Shown here one piece after another: positions 1-9,770 of a stretch of 62,465 nt of DNA (its first letter is position 1; each line of letters starts with the position of its first letter). The translations under genes and the position numbers were made by a program. The DNA comes from a bacterium (GTDB lineage: Bacteria; Margulisbacteria; WOR-1; O2-12-FULL-45-9; XYB2-FULL-48-7): contig JBDRLW010000025.1 of assembly GCA_043812655.1 (NCBI GenBank), positions 1 through 62,465 of the forward strand, written 5' to 3'. Under the pieces are notes generated by a model that worked only from the letters and a program-made list of their open reading frames with translations, made no database searches and had not been told where the DNA came from.

Positions 1-15
1 AAACAACTCGAATCA

Positions 16-1095
16 TTGAACCGCCAAGAATTCCTTCGCTTTGCCGAAGCCGTTAGAACCTTTGACATAGAGAAGGGTCAACTGGTCGGCAATATCGCTT
101 TGCCCCAGCAATGGCCGGAAAGATTGGATCCCGACCACACTAAAACTGGCCGGCAAGCTATCAACACAACCCTGCGCGTCATCATCGCCTCCGCGACTGG
201 CCGAAGATTTTTTGGGGATAGCTCTCCTCCCCTGCCAACACCCGGCATGCATTATATTAAAGAGCTGGAAAAAACTTTTATCGATGTCCAAGTTGAGGAC
301 CTCCAAAGAACCCAGGAGGAATATCAAAGTAGGAATCCTTTGCTCATTATTGTACCAACTGGCGACCGCGGCAATAGACTAAAAGCTCATTTGAGCGGCC
401 GAAAGCACCAAGGCGTTGACCTCCGGATCATTGAATTGCCGGAGGAAGAAAGCTTTTATCTTGATGAAAACGGGGTCTTGATCTTTGACGACCGGAAAAA
501 AGAACTTATGTCTTCCCCCCTAGGTCACGGCTTTTTCCCGGCCGCGCTGGCAAAACACCTCCATCATTATGCCGGTTATAACTACGCTTTTGTGACCGGG
601 ACAAGAAACCTCGGCGCTTCAATGAGGGATGAAGCTTTCCTGCAAGTGCTTGGACGGCATATCTCACAAAAAGCGCTTTACCCAAACCATTTTTTTACTG
701 CGGAAACAAGCCAGCCCAGGGCTTATTCTAACGAAAGCGTCTACCCTGTCATCCAAAATGGTGTCTTAAAATTATTCCCCAGCTTCGTTTTACCTAAAAG
801 CTTGGCCGCCAAAGCCAGGACATCCCGTTCGCCAGTTTATAACTATAGCTCCGTTGTTTCTCTTGATGTATTGCCAACCATAGCCAGTAGCAGGCCAGAT
901 TGCTTGATAAGAAGGGAAGTTTTTAAAGAAGAAACCGTTGAATACGCCTATAAGCTTACTTGCCTGCTGGAAAGTTTAGGGATCGGGAGCGCCCCACTTT
1001 TGCTTTCTGTCCCTAGCAACCGAACTATCGCTCCAGAATATATCACTGAAACATCTGAAGCCGTAAGAATCTTAAGGGAGAAAATGGGATCATGA
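16..1095 (+). CDS. Divergent UTP-glucose-1-phosphate uridylyltransferase (UDPGP, PF01704)-like protein; may start upstream of the window
   Basis: Three motifs occur in UDPGP order: IIVPTGDRGNRL (cf. GGLGTRM), SPLGHGFFPAAL (cf. PPGHGD) and GYNYAFVTGTRNLGAS (cf. GxEYxFVSNxDNLGA). The frame is open back to base 1. The stop overlaps the next start (ATGA, 1092-1095). Confidence 0.5.
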   Translation: MNRQEFLRFAEAVRTFDIEKGQLVGNIALPQQWPERLDPDHTKTGRQAINTTLRVIIASATGRRFFGDSSPPLPTPGMHYIKELEKTFIDVQVEDLQRTQEEYQSRNPLLIIVPTGDRGNRLKAHLSGRKHQGVDLRIIELPEEESFYLDENGVLIFDDRKKELMSSPLGHGFFPAALAKHLHHYAGYNYAFVTGTRNLGASMRDEAFLQVLGRHISQKALYPNHFFTAETSQPRAYSNESVYPVIQNGVLKLFPSFVLPKSLAAKARTSRSPVYNYSSVVSLDVLPTIASSRPDCLIRREVFKEETVEYAYKLTCLLESLGIGSAPLLLSVPSNRTIAPEYITETSEAVRILREKMGS

Positions 1096-2621
1096 GACCG
1101 ATCGGCTTTGCCGCAAAAACGCTCACCAATACTGGTCGGCTAACCACCAAAAAGGGTTATCCCAGCGATATCTTGCGGCTGATCTCTAAGGCCTACGCCC
1201 AAACCGCGCGGATGTATGGACCGCTCGCTTTTGGCAAAGTTTTTAATCATCCCGATCGGCTCAAGGTTTTTCTTTCCGGACGGGTTTACGAACCTATCCC
1301 TATCACTTGGTCTCTGGCCTTAAGTTGGGTTTGCAATAATGCCTGCGTCCTCTGCACTTTTGGCGACCGGAAATTCTCCCGCGACGAAGCTGTTAAGGGG
1401 CCCAAAGGCCTGATGACCAAACAAGTCGTCAAAACGATCATCGACCAATTGGCCGAATATGGGGCTAAAGCAATAATTTTCACCGGGGGCGGCGAACCAA
1501 CCCTCCACCCTGACTTATTAGAATTAATGTCTTATGCTAAGGAAAAAGGGCTTGACGTCGGTCTTTTTACTAATGGCAGTTTTGATCCCGCTTGGGCAAC
1601 AATGCTGTTGCGGGACGTTAAACCAAGCTTTGTCCGGGTCAGCCTTAACGCTCCAGATCCAGTTTCCCATCGAATCTTTCACAACTATGCCCTTGGCGTA
1701 GATAATTTTGCCACTGCGATCGGCAACATTCAAACCATGGCCCAATATAAATTTTCCCACCCGGAGGTCAAGACAAATTTAGGGATCGGCGTCATCGTTG
1801 GACCTAATAATGTTGACGCCCTCTCCGGCTATGGCCAATTAATTCGCAAATTGCTTTTTGATCAAGGGAGACAAACAGGCCTGCTAAATTATATCGCTTT
1901 CCGCCCGCAAGTCGTTTATGGCGGACGGGAGATGGCCCAACAACCAAAAAGTGTCTACCTTAAGGCTTTAACGACTTTTTGGAGCGACCTTTATCCCCGA
2001 CTGCATAGCATCAGCAATTTACGCTTGATCTTTGTTAAAGACCGCTTCAAAATGCTTTATCGTCCCCAACAAAGCCGGGCCAGTTTTTGTGTCGGACAAG
2101 TTTTTAGAGGGGCGATCGGTTTAAGCCGGGATAATATTGTGCCCAGAGAAAAGGTAATAGATATCTTTGGCCAACAGGAATCAGTCTGGCCGCAGATCTT
2201 TCAATCTTTATCTAGCCCTCAACTTCAATTCCGATCTGAAGCCGAAGAGACGATTTACGCCTCTTTATTAAATGAAAGCCGGAAGCAAGCCGCCATCCAA
2301 TTGTTCCATCAAACGCGGCTAGAAACACCGGCTGTTTTTTCCTGTGATGAACATAACGGCGATAACCATTATAAGTTCGGCGATCTTACCTCCACCACCA
2401 TTGAGGATATTTACCGCGGTCAACAAAGGGAAGAGACGCTTGGTTACATCCAAGAAACCGGTTATCCTCTTTTTTGTCCCCCTACCTGCATTATGGCCCC
2501 AACTAATGAGATCTTAGCAAGAATAATGGGCTATGATCTGCATCCTCGCCATGAAGGAACCATGGCGGATAGGATAAACCGCGCTTGCCATGAAGAGATC
2601 CTCGACATAAACTTCTTATGA
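1092..2621 (+). CDS. Radical SAM protein with C-terminal SPASM/Twitch-like domain
   Basis: CNNACVLC (CxxxCxxC), FTGGGEPTLHP, LFTNG and RVSLNA. C-terminal Cys residues in FCVG...VFSCDEH...FGDL...CPPTC. Confidence 0.9.
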   Translation: MRPIGFAAKTLTNTGRLTTKKGYPSDILRLISKAYAQTARMYGPLAFGKVFNHPDRLKVFLSGRVYEPIPITWSLALSWVCNNACVLCTFGDRKFSRDEAVKGPKGLMTKQVVKTIIDQLAEYGAKAIIFTGGGEPTLHPDLLELMSYAKEKGLDVGLFTNGSFDPAWATMLLRDVKPSFVRVSLNAPDPVSHRIFHNYALGVDNFATAIGNIQTMAQYKFSHPEVKTNLGIGVIVGPNNVDALSGYGQLIRKLLFDQGRQTGLLNYIAFRPQVVYGGREMAQQPKSVYLKALTTFWSDLYPRLHSISNLRLIFVKDRFKMLYRPQQSRASFCVGQVFRGAIGLSRDNIVPREKVIDIFGQQESVWPQIFQSLSSPQLQFRSEAEETIYASLLNESRKQAAIQLFHQTRLETPAVFSCDEHNGDNHYKFGDLTSTTIEDIYRGQQREETLGYIQETGYPLFCPPTCIMAPTNEILARIMGYDLHPRHEGTMADRINRACHEEILDINFL

Positions 2622-3490
2622 TATCAACAACGCCCAAAGTAGTATTTGTTGTCCCCTCTTGCAACACGTGCAAGCGGCTGGGCAAAAAAAATCCTTTTAG
2701 CGGAGCTTACCAATTCAAAGGGAATCTTGAACGCAACCAACAGGCACTGGCCAACAAAGACCCAGGCGGCAAGATACTGGTGGTCGTTAACGGGACAAAA
2801 CCAGAATATACGGAACTAACAAGAACAGCGATCGAATCGGCCGGCGCTTTAATGATCGAATCGGCGACTTTTGGCTCGGCCGGTTATCCACGCTACATCG
2901 GCATTGACCACGCCTTTACCCGGCTGGGCGCGGACTTCGTGATCATGGGCGATGACGACCTGCATGTCGCTCCAGGCGCGATCCGCAAATTCGTCAATAA
3001 ATTGGATCATGGTTTTGACCTGGTCATCGGCGCCAGGTATATGCGCGACCAGCTTGGCCATCCGCCCTGGCAGTTCGCCTTAGAGCACGCGCTCAACCTT
3101 TACGCTTCATTCCGCCTGGGTATTTATCCAGAACACCGGGCGAGATTTCGCTCATTATCATGGGTTTCTTTTTGCACCGATTTTATTTCCGGCGGCCAGG
3201 CTTTTGGCCGCGACGGCTGGCTTAAGTTCCGCCAACTTGTCACCCCGGAAATGATGGAAAAACGGGGTCCGGCCTGCACTTTTTTCCCTGGCGTTTACAA
3301 GCTTTCCCTCGGCTTAAAAATTGGGACAGTTTTAGTCCGCGGCCGTTATGACGGCGATTACTTTCCTGATTCATTCAATCCTAAACAGTTAACAAAACGG
3401 CTTCGCACGATCAAACAAGATTTTCGTGATGTTGAGGCCGCTATCGATCTGGCAAAAAAAGGGGGTAAAATAAATAATGAGAGTCACTAG
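2618..3490 (+). CDS. Glycosyltransferase family 2 (DPM1-like fold)
   Basis: VFVVPSCN, ILVVVNG, ADFVIMGDDD (DxD), FDLVIGARY and TDFISG. ATGA coupling to the upstream gene. Confidence 0.8.
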   Translation: MISTTPKVVFVVPSCNTCKRLGKKNPFSGAYQFKGNLERNQQALANKDPGGKILVVVNGTKPEYTELTRTAIESAGALMIESATFGSAGYPRYIGIDHAFTRLGADFVIMGDDDLHVAPGAIRKFVNKLDHGFDLVIGARYMRDQLGHPPWQFALEHALNLYASFRLGIYPEHRARFRSLSWVSFCTDFISGGQAFGRDGWLKFRQLVTPEMMEKRGPACTFFPGVYKLSLGLKIGTVLVRGRYDGDYFPDSFNPKQLTKRLRTIKQDFRDVEAAIDLAKKGGKINNESH

Positions 3491-4454
3491 AAAAATATTA
3501 GTTACTGGCGCCGCCGGCTTTATCGGCAGTCATTTAACCCGCGCCCTGTTGTGGGGGCACAATACATCTGTCATTGGGCTTGACTCCTTTAAGGATAATT
3601 ATCCGGGGACAATAAAAGAAGCAAACATCAAGCCGCTCCACCGCCGGCCCAATTTTGCTTTTATCAAAGGCAACGTGCTTGATCCATCGTTAAAAGAGAC
3701 TCTGGCCGCCGACAAATTCGATTACATCTATCACCTGGCGGCCACACCGGGAGTCCGCCCAAGCTGGGGGAAAGAATTTGACGATAAATACACGCCCAAC
3801 AATATTACCGGCACTTCACGTCTGCTGCAAGCCTGTGTTGGCTTGCCGCGCTTGAAAAAAATAATTTACGCTTCCTCTTCTTCGGTCTATGGCGACCAGC
3901 CGGTAGGCACAGCGTTGACAGAAGAGCTGGAATGCCGGCCGATCTCACCCTACGGCGTTTCCAAGCTGACCGCTGAATTAATGTGCCGGGCATACACCCG
4001 AGAAAAAAGGGTGCCAACTGTTTCTCTCCGTTATTTCTCGGTTTACGGTCCCGCCCAACGGCCGGACATGGGTTTCCATAAATTCGCCTGCGCTCTGCTG
4101 AATGAAGAGGGTTTTGACGCCCATAAGGGAAACCATCAACGAGATTTTACCTATGTTGGCGACGTTGTCCAAGCAAACTTGCTGGCTCAAAACGCGCCAG
4201 ACGGCGAGGTTTTTAACGTTGGCGGCGGTTCGGTCGTCTCATTAGAACAAGCCATCGCTATTCTGGAAAATATTACCGGTAAAAAAGCCCATCCTAATTG
4301 GCTGGAAAATCCGGCTGGCAACGTCCACTTTACCCAGGCAGGCCTTGCCAAGTCACGTGAAATACTCGGTTATAACCCCGAAGTTGGGATCGAAGATGGG
4401 CTCCGCAGCCAAGTAAATTATCTTCTCCAAAACCGCGAACTCTACGGGTTATAA
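3477..4454 (+). CDS. NAD-dependent nucleotide-sugar epimerase/dehydratase (UDP-glucuronate/UDP-glucose 4-epimerase-like)
   Basis: ILVTGAAGFIGSH, YHLAATPGVR, ASSSSVYG, PISPYGVSK (YxxxK), RYFSVYGP..RPDM and RDFTYV. Confidence 0.93.
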   Translation: MRVTRKILVTGAAGFIGSHLTRALLWGHNTSVIGLDSFKDNYPGTIKEANIKPLHRRPNFAFIKGNVLDPSLKETLAADKFDYIYHLAATPGVRPSWGKEFDDKYTPNNITGTSRLLQACVGLPRLKKIIYASSSSVYGDQPVGTALTEELECRPISPYGVSKLTAELMCRAYTREKRVPTVSLRYFSVYGPAQRPDMGFHKFACALLNEEGFDAHKGNHQRDFTYVGDVVQANLLAQNAPDGEVFNVGGGSVVSLEQAIAILENITGKKAHPNWLENPAGNVHFTQAGLAKSREILGYNPEVGIEDGLRSQVNYLLQNRELYGL

Positions 4455-4474
4455 CCCCCCACAACAAAATAGAG

Positions 4475-4502
4475 TGAAATTTTTCCCGAACCTTAACGAT
4501 AT
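4475..4502 (+). promoter_or_regulatory. Sigma-28-like promoter motif copy 1 (TGAAAT-N16-CGATAT)
   Basis: TGAAAT 4475-4480 and AACGATAT 4495-4502, upstream of CDS 4554. Confidence 0.75.
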
Positions 4503-4553
4503 ATATCTGGAAGAGTTACGTTAAAGAAGAATAAATAGGAGGAAATAAAAAAA

Positions 4554-5693
4554 ATGGAAATAGGAGCAATTGTCCGTTATTATCAAGTTGTCCCAAGCCA
4601 AGCAGATCAAAAAAAGGCCCAACAAGCACCCCAAGAAATTGGTAAAACCGAAGAATATCGGGTGAGAAATCTGGGGGTTGATCCTTGTAAACCCGAAGAG
4701 GTGGAAGCGCTTTCCTGGGACGCTATCACCCCAAAACTGGTTGACCAGCTAATCCTAGAAAAAAAGCTCTCTGTCCCGACAGAAAAACGAAGCGAAGTTG
4801 TTAATGGCGTCAAAAAATATTTATCGACAACTTACCCCAACGGTCCTTACAAAGGAACGATCATGGAAGAAGGTTGGGTGCGCGATAATATAATTTCTGA
4901 CAAACAATACGGGTTCTACCTGGCAACCCAGTGTGACGATGTCGATCGCCCATATAATATCGGCTGGTCACGCCGCCTACTTATTGTTATGACCGACATC
5001 CTTGGTCGATACGCCGGCACCACGCCTCCACTTAACATAGATCTTAAAGCGCTCCAAGCAAAAGTAAATGAAATACTCAATCCCAAAGAAAAAAATGCAG
5101 ATCCGGAACAACCAGGCGATAAACCTAATGCACCAGTTAGTAGGCCAGTCGTTATCGCAATAAATACTGTCGTCGACGCTGGAACAAGAAACGAAGCTGA
5201 TGCATCAGCTAGTATAGCTCCACCTGTAGCTCCAGTCGTTCCTCCACCTCCACCCAAACCCAGGGTTACCGGTCTTAAGGTTGTACCCGGTGAAACATCC
5301 GCAAAGATCACCTGGAATGCTCTTGACGGGGCAAAAAAATACATTATTAAGGGTGGCCCTGATAATTGGAAGGTTGTTACTTCCCCCTATGAAATGCAAG
5401 GGTTAGACGATAATACCTCATACAAAATTACCATTGTCGCGGTCATGCCTGATAAGACAGAAAGCGCGCCTGCTTCTAAGACTTTTAAGACAAAGGAAAA
5501 AAAGAAGTTACCTACAAAGCCACTATGCGCTTGTGATTTAAAAGTTGATGGCAACTTACTACTTGGTAATGCTTTTGCCGTCTCTTCATGTAAAAAAGAT
5601 GTTAAAGGAAAAACTGATATTGGAGCGGCAAAGTTTATTTTTGATAATTATCTTAAAGGCGATAAAAAGGACAAATGCACACTAACAAAATAA
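4554..5693 (+). CDS. Hypothetical protein with Pro-rich linker and fibronectin type III domain
   Basis: Strong SD (AGGAGG). PPVAPVVPPPPPKP linker followed by FN3-like VTGLKV...AKITWNAL.GAKKYII...GLDDNTSYKITIVAV. No Sec signal. Confidence 0.75.
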   Translation: MEIGAIVRYYQVVPSQADQKKAQQAPQEIGKTEEYRVRNLGVDPCKPEEVEALSWDAITPKLVDQLILEKKLSVPTEKRSEVVNGVKKYLSTTYPNGPYKGTIMEEGWVRDNIISDKQYGFYLATQCDDVDRPYNIGWSRRLLIVMTDILGRYAGTTPPLNIDLKALQAKVNEILNPKEKNADPEQPGDKPNAPVSRPVVIAINTVVDAGTRNEADASASIAPPVAPVVPPPPPKPRVTGLKVVPGETSAKITWNALDGAKKYIIKGGPDNWKVVTSPYEMQGLDDNTSYKITIVAVMPDKTESAPASKTFKTKEKKKLPTKPLCACDLKVDGNLLLGNAFAVSSCKKDVKGKTDIGAAKFIFDNYLKGDKKDKCTLTK

Positions 5694-5722
5694 CCGTTTT
5701 TTTCCTGATAAAGGAGCAATAA

Positions 5723-8125
5723 ATGTCAGACTTATTAGTTAACTGTCCAACTAATGTTTGCACAAGAACATTAGAAAAAATATTAACAAGTGAAAAGCCA
5801 GAAATAGTCACTTCTGTTTGTTCAGTCTCTGGCCCAGAAGCCAAAGATAACTTATTATTATCGTTTTTTATTCATATTTCTAGGGCAATTTCATTAACCG
5901 GAGAAGTCGCCAAAGCTGATGATTCGAGTTTAACTAATTTGCAAGCCGCAGCTCTCTCTGAAGATATTGGAGGGGCGCTACCTATCATTCTTTCAGTTGA
6001 CACAGCAACTGCTTCATCTCCCAAAGTGATAAGCCCGGTAAACCTCAATCCAGCGATAGTACAATCGATCAATACTATCTTCCAAAGATCTTTAGCTAGC
6101 GTCCCTTCTGGCTCAACCCCGGATTATGATATTTTACTTTTAGACGCCATTGAAGAATTTTTAGCTATTAAAACTGACTCATTAGCTTGCGCGCCTTTTA
6201 ACTTAAAGACCAATCCAGAAAACCCCTCGATCAAAAAAGGCGAAACACTCGCCTCTTTGACGATCAATGGCCCTCACTTAGAACGAGTTAAAATCTTTGA
6301 CATACCAGAGGGCTTAAGATCTGCTACCGACCCAAAAACAGAGGTTGAAGTAAAAAAAGATCCGACCAGCGGCAATGTTGTTTTGGTCTTGAAGTATTTA
6401 AAAGCGGCAAGCACCTATACCGCCACCACAGACGAACCGATCATTTTGAAGAATTCTTCCGGCGAAGAACTTGGCCGGTTTAGCGTCAAAGTTGTCGTCC
6501 CACCCCCAACAGCCGAAGAACCTAAAGTCGCTAAACTTCGCCCGGTAATGGGCAAAGCTTGGTTTGAAAGATATTTTTATAATTACGACGACCTGTCAGT
6601 CGCGGAAAGAGTCGGCCCTTATGCCAAGCTCTCCGCGGCCGGGATCCAAGCTGGCGGTTCTGTGACGCCAAAAGGAGAAGGCCGGGTTAATGTCGATGTC
6701 GCAAACCGCGACGCTACCATAAACATTGACCCCTATGTTGTGGCTGAAGGCGGCTTTAACAGCGAAGTTTTCCAGCCTCACCTGCAAAAGATCGCTAAAG
6801 CAAAGCTTTTTCTGACCAACACCCAGCAGACTTTGACTAACCCGATAACCGGGGGACTAAACAGTATTCCAAACGGCAGTTCGATTGAATTAAAACTCGA
6901 TAAGACTGGGTTTACGCCCAAAGCCAGCCTGTCTGGCAACGTGTTTGGGGTCTGGAATCCCACCCTCACTCTTGCCGGCAAGTTTTTCAAAAGCGATGAT
7001 ATATCGCTCCATCCCGTAAGTGATCGCAATCTACGCGACAGGTTCTCCCCCTTTGCTCCGGACCAAGCGGATAAAGATGTTTTGGGCCTGACCCTTGCCG
7101 TCCAGCCCCTGCGGACAAGCATGTTCTTTAAAGCTAAAGAGGAAAACGAATGGTTCGGCTTTACTCTTGGCGGGCTCAACCCCACCTTTAACGCGGTCCT
7201 CAACCCGACCCAATTGAACAGGAAGCTAGGCTATGATTATCTGCCCGACGGGCAGATCTCCCCGACGCTAAATTTATATGAAGCGATTTTAGGGACTAAC
7301 AACAAGTTATTCCTGCTTATGGGAAGCACCCATGGCTACGCGGCGCCAGGACTTAACCTCTACAAACAGTATAGCCAAGCTGAAATAGCGAGCACCGATC
7401 CCACCAATTCCAATTGCAGCAGCCAAGAATGCCCAAAAACCACGACCGCCAGCCAAGCCAGCGACCAGAAGGCAGGCTCCTATTCACGGCTCAACTTGTT
7501 TTCACAAGGAAAATTCCGCCTTTTTGGCGACAATAGGCTAAGGGCTGACTGGCATCTTAACGACCAGGTCGATGTTGGCGGTTTTGTCTTGATCGGCGGT
7601 GAATTCGCCAAAGCCGAAACTATAAACCACACCGAGCAATCCGGCCTGATTTGGCCGCGGCCTCTCCAAGGCTGGGAACTTACCACCCACACGGAAGCCG
7701 GTTTCCAATTATCGTTCCGCAAGGAGCCTGTCAACCTTCAAATAATCCCAGCCCTTGGGGCGCATAAAACTTGGGTTGGAATGTATAATGACGCGCAAGT
7801 AATGCGGCCGCAGCCATATTTCCCAACCGACGAGTTTTACGGGAAATTATCCGGCTCTGTCGGGCTAAACAAACCTAGCTGGCTCAACGCTTCCCTTGGC
7901 TTCGTCGGTAAATTAGGCGTCTCGAACGATCCGTTCGGCCAGGGTTATCCAAACTCAAACATTGGCCAAACACTAATGGCGTCAAGATATCCCAACCTCA
8001 ACGCGTCAGGACTTTTGACCTTAAGCGTCTCCTTGGCCGCCGGCCAGGACCTGATCAGCATTGACGATAAGTCTGGAGTTAGCGGCGCCAAGCGGCCAAA
8101 TTACCGCCAGCCGGATGATAAATAG
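5723..8125 (+). CDS. Large hypothetical protein; C-terminal half rich in alternating beta-strand patterns (possible outer-membrane barrel)
   Basis: 800-aa ORF with AAGGAG SD. Amphipathic strands such as TEAGFQLSF, FYGKLSGSVGL and WLNASLGFVG. No recognisable signal peptide. Confidence 0.6.
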   Translation: MSDLLVNCPTNVCTRTLEKILTSEKPEIVTSVCSVSGPEAKDNLLLSFFIHISRAISLTGEVAKADDSSLTNLQAAALSEDIGGALPIILSVDTATASSPKVISPVNLNPAIVQSINTIFQRSLASVPSGSTPDYDILLLDAIEEFLAIKTDSLACAPFNLKTNPENPSIKKGETLASLTINGPHLERVKIFDIPEGLRSATDPKTEVEVKKDPTSGNVVLVLKYLKAASTYTATTDEPIILKNSSGEELGRFSVKVVVPPPTAEEPKVAKLRPVMGKAWFERYFYNYDDLSVAERVGPYAKLSAAGIQAGGSVTPKGEGRVNVDVANRDATINIDPYVVAEGGFNSEVFQPHLQKIAKAKLFLTNTQQTLTNPITGGLNSIPNGSSIELKLDKTGFTPKASLSGNVFGVWNPTLTLAGKFFKSDDISLHPVSDRNLRDRFSPFAPDQADKDVLGLTLAVQPLRTSMFFKAKEENEWFGFTLGGLNPTFNAVLNPTQLNRKLGYDYLPDGQISPTLNLYEAILGTNNKLFLLMGSTHGYAAPGLNLYKQYSQAEIASTDPTNSNCSSQECPKTTTASQASDQKAGSYSRLNLFSQGKFRLFGDNRLRADWHLNDQVDVGGFVLIGGEFAKAETINHTEQSGLIWPRPLQGWELTTHTEAGFQLSFRKEPVNLQIIPALGAHKTWVGMYNDAQVMRPQPYFPTDEFYGKLSGSVGLNKPSWLNASLGFVGKLGVSNDPFGQGYPNSNIGQTLMASRYPNLNASGLLTLSVSLAAGQDLISIDDKSGVSGAKRPNYRQPDDK

Positions 8126-8183
8126 TAACCGCCATTTTTCTCCCCTCGATTGCAATACGCAGGGAAATGTCAACTGCTAATCA

Positions 8184-8212
8184 TTGACAAATAATATCAG
8201 TTAGCGTATAAT
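8184..8212 (+). promoter_or_regulatory. Consensus sigma-70 promoter for the ATPase gene
   Basis: TTGACA (8184-8189), 17 bp, TATAAT (8207-8212). A second TATAAT at 8254-8259 lies 6 nt before the ATG. Confidence 0.85.
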
Positions 8213-8265
8213 ATATACTATATGATGCTACACTCACTGCTCTATGTTATAGGTATAATATAACC

Positions 8266-9612
8266 ATGTTTAACCGAAAAATACTAACATATTTAGAACA
8301 ATGGAAAATCAGCCACAATCGGAAGCCGCTCATCCTGCGAGGCGCCAGGCAAGTTGGCAAGACTGTTAGCGTCCAGCTATTTGCCAATAAACATTTTAAA
8401 AATTTTATTGCTTTAAACCTGGAGGATCCCGAACAAGAACGTTTATTTAGACAGCCGGTCTCAATCACCGAATTTGAAAAAATAATCCAGATAAAATTTA
8501 ATTCTACCCTGGTGGCCGGGGACACATTGCTTTTTATCGACGAAATCCAAAACTCCCCGGCCTTGATCAGCCTGCTCCGTTTTTTTTATGAGGAACGGCC
8601 AGCTTTAGCCGTGATCGCCGCCGGCTCCCTGCTGGAAGTCAAACTTAAAAAAGGTGGGTTGTCTTTTCCTGTCGGCCGGGTAGAGTTCGCTTATCTCCAA
8701 CCGCTTGATTTTTTTGAATTCCTCGAAGCCAGGAGAGAAAACAACCTTTTAGCTGCCTTAAAAAACACCGGTTTCAACGATCCTCTCCCTCCCGCCGCCG
8801 CGGAAATTGCCGCTCGTTTCTTTAATGAATACTTAATGATTGGGGGCATGCCCGAAGCCGTGGAAAGTTACGCCACGGAAGGCAATTTCCAGGCGCTTAA
8901 CCAGATTTACAACTCACTTTTAACCTCTTATCAGGAAGATATTTTTAAATATGCTTCCGAGGCAAAAGCCAAATATTTGACCCATTGCCTGGAAAACGCC
9001 CCTCTTTTTGCCGGCCAAACCATTACTTATGAACACTTCGGCAATTCAAATTACCGGAGCCGGGAAATGGGGGAAGCTTTTGACACGTTGGAAAAGGCGA
9101 TGCTCCTTCACCAAACCAGAGGCTGCGGCGCTACCGCGCTCCCTTTAGTCGCCCAAAGGAAGAAAGCACCAAAACTGTTATTCTTAGACATTGGACTCGT
9201 CAATTACCGCTTGGGGATAAGAGACAAGATCTTTGAAGCCCGGGAATTAAGCGGCACTTTCCGTGGCAAGATCGCGGAACAAGTTGTCGGCCAGCATTTG
9301 CTCGGCCTGGAACCAGACCGCCAAAACCCTATATATTATTGGTATCGCGACGTTCCTGGCAGCACCGCGGAAATCGATTATTTGCTGGCGCTCCAGGGCA
9401 ATATCATCGCCCTGGAAGTCAAATCGGGCAAAAGCGGACGGCTCCGCTCGCTCAAAGAATTCATTAAAATGTCCGGCCAGAAAGTTGCCGTCCGGATCCA
9501 CGCCGGTCGCCTGCAAAAAGAAATTATCCATGATGGACCCATTAATTATGAATTAATTTCCCTACCTTTTTATTTACTGCCAAGACTAAAAGAAATCATC
9601 TTATCGGCTTAA
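8266..9612 (+). CDS. AAA_14 ATPase with DUF4143 (PD-(D/E)xK-like) C-terminal domain
   Basis: Walker A GARQVGKT, Walker B LLFIDEIQ, GGMPEAV, KLLFLDIGL, EIDYL...ALEVKSG. Confidence 0.92.
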   Translation: MFNRKILTYLEQWKISHNRKPLILRGARQVGKTVSVQLFANKHFKNFIALNLEDPEQERLFRQPVSITEFEKIIQIKFNSTLVAGDTLLFIDEIQNSPALISLLRFFYEERPALAVIAAGSLLEVKLKKGGLSFPVGRVEFAYLQPLDFFEFLEARRENNLLAALKNTGFNDPLPPAAAEIAARFFNEYLMIGGMPEAVESYATEGNFQALNQIYNSLLTSYQEDIFKYASEAKAKYLTHCLENAPLFAGQTITYEHFGNSNYRSREMGEAFDTLEKAMLLHQTRGCGATALPLVAQRKKAPKLLFLDIGLVNYRLGIRDKIFEARELSGTFRGKIAEQVVGQHLLGLEPDRQNPIYYWYRDVPGSTAEIDYLLALQGNIIALEVKSGKSGRLRSLKEFIKMSGQKVAVRIHAGRLQKEIIHDGPINYELISLPFYLLPRLKEIILSA

Positions 9613-9688
9613 AAACGGCATTATCGGGCCCCGATGCCGCGAAACGCCTTGCCATTAAGTAATTCCCCCTCCCGTCGCTAAAATCACC

Positions 9689-9716
9689 TGAAATTTTACC
9701 CGTTTTTTGCCGATAT
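9689..9716 (+). promoter_or_regulatory. Sigma-28-like promoter motif copy 2
   Basis: TGAAAT 9689-9694 and GCCGATAT 9709-9716, followed by ATATATGGA. Confidence 0.8.
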
Positions 9717-9770
9717 ATATATGGAAGGAACGAGGAATGAGGACAGAGGAAGAAAGGCAGGCAAAAAGAA

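Noticed and set aside
9611..9640. Small hairpin after the first ATPase as its terminator
   Set aside because: The stem is imperfect with almost no loop, and there is no downstream T-tract on the + strand. Support is too weak.
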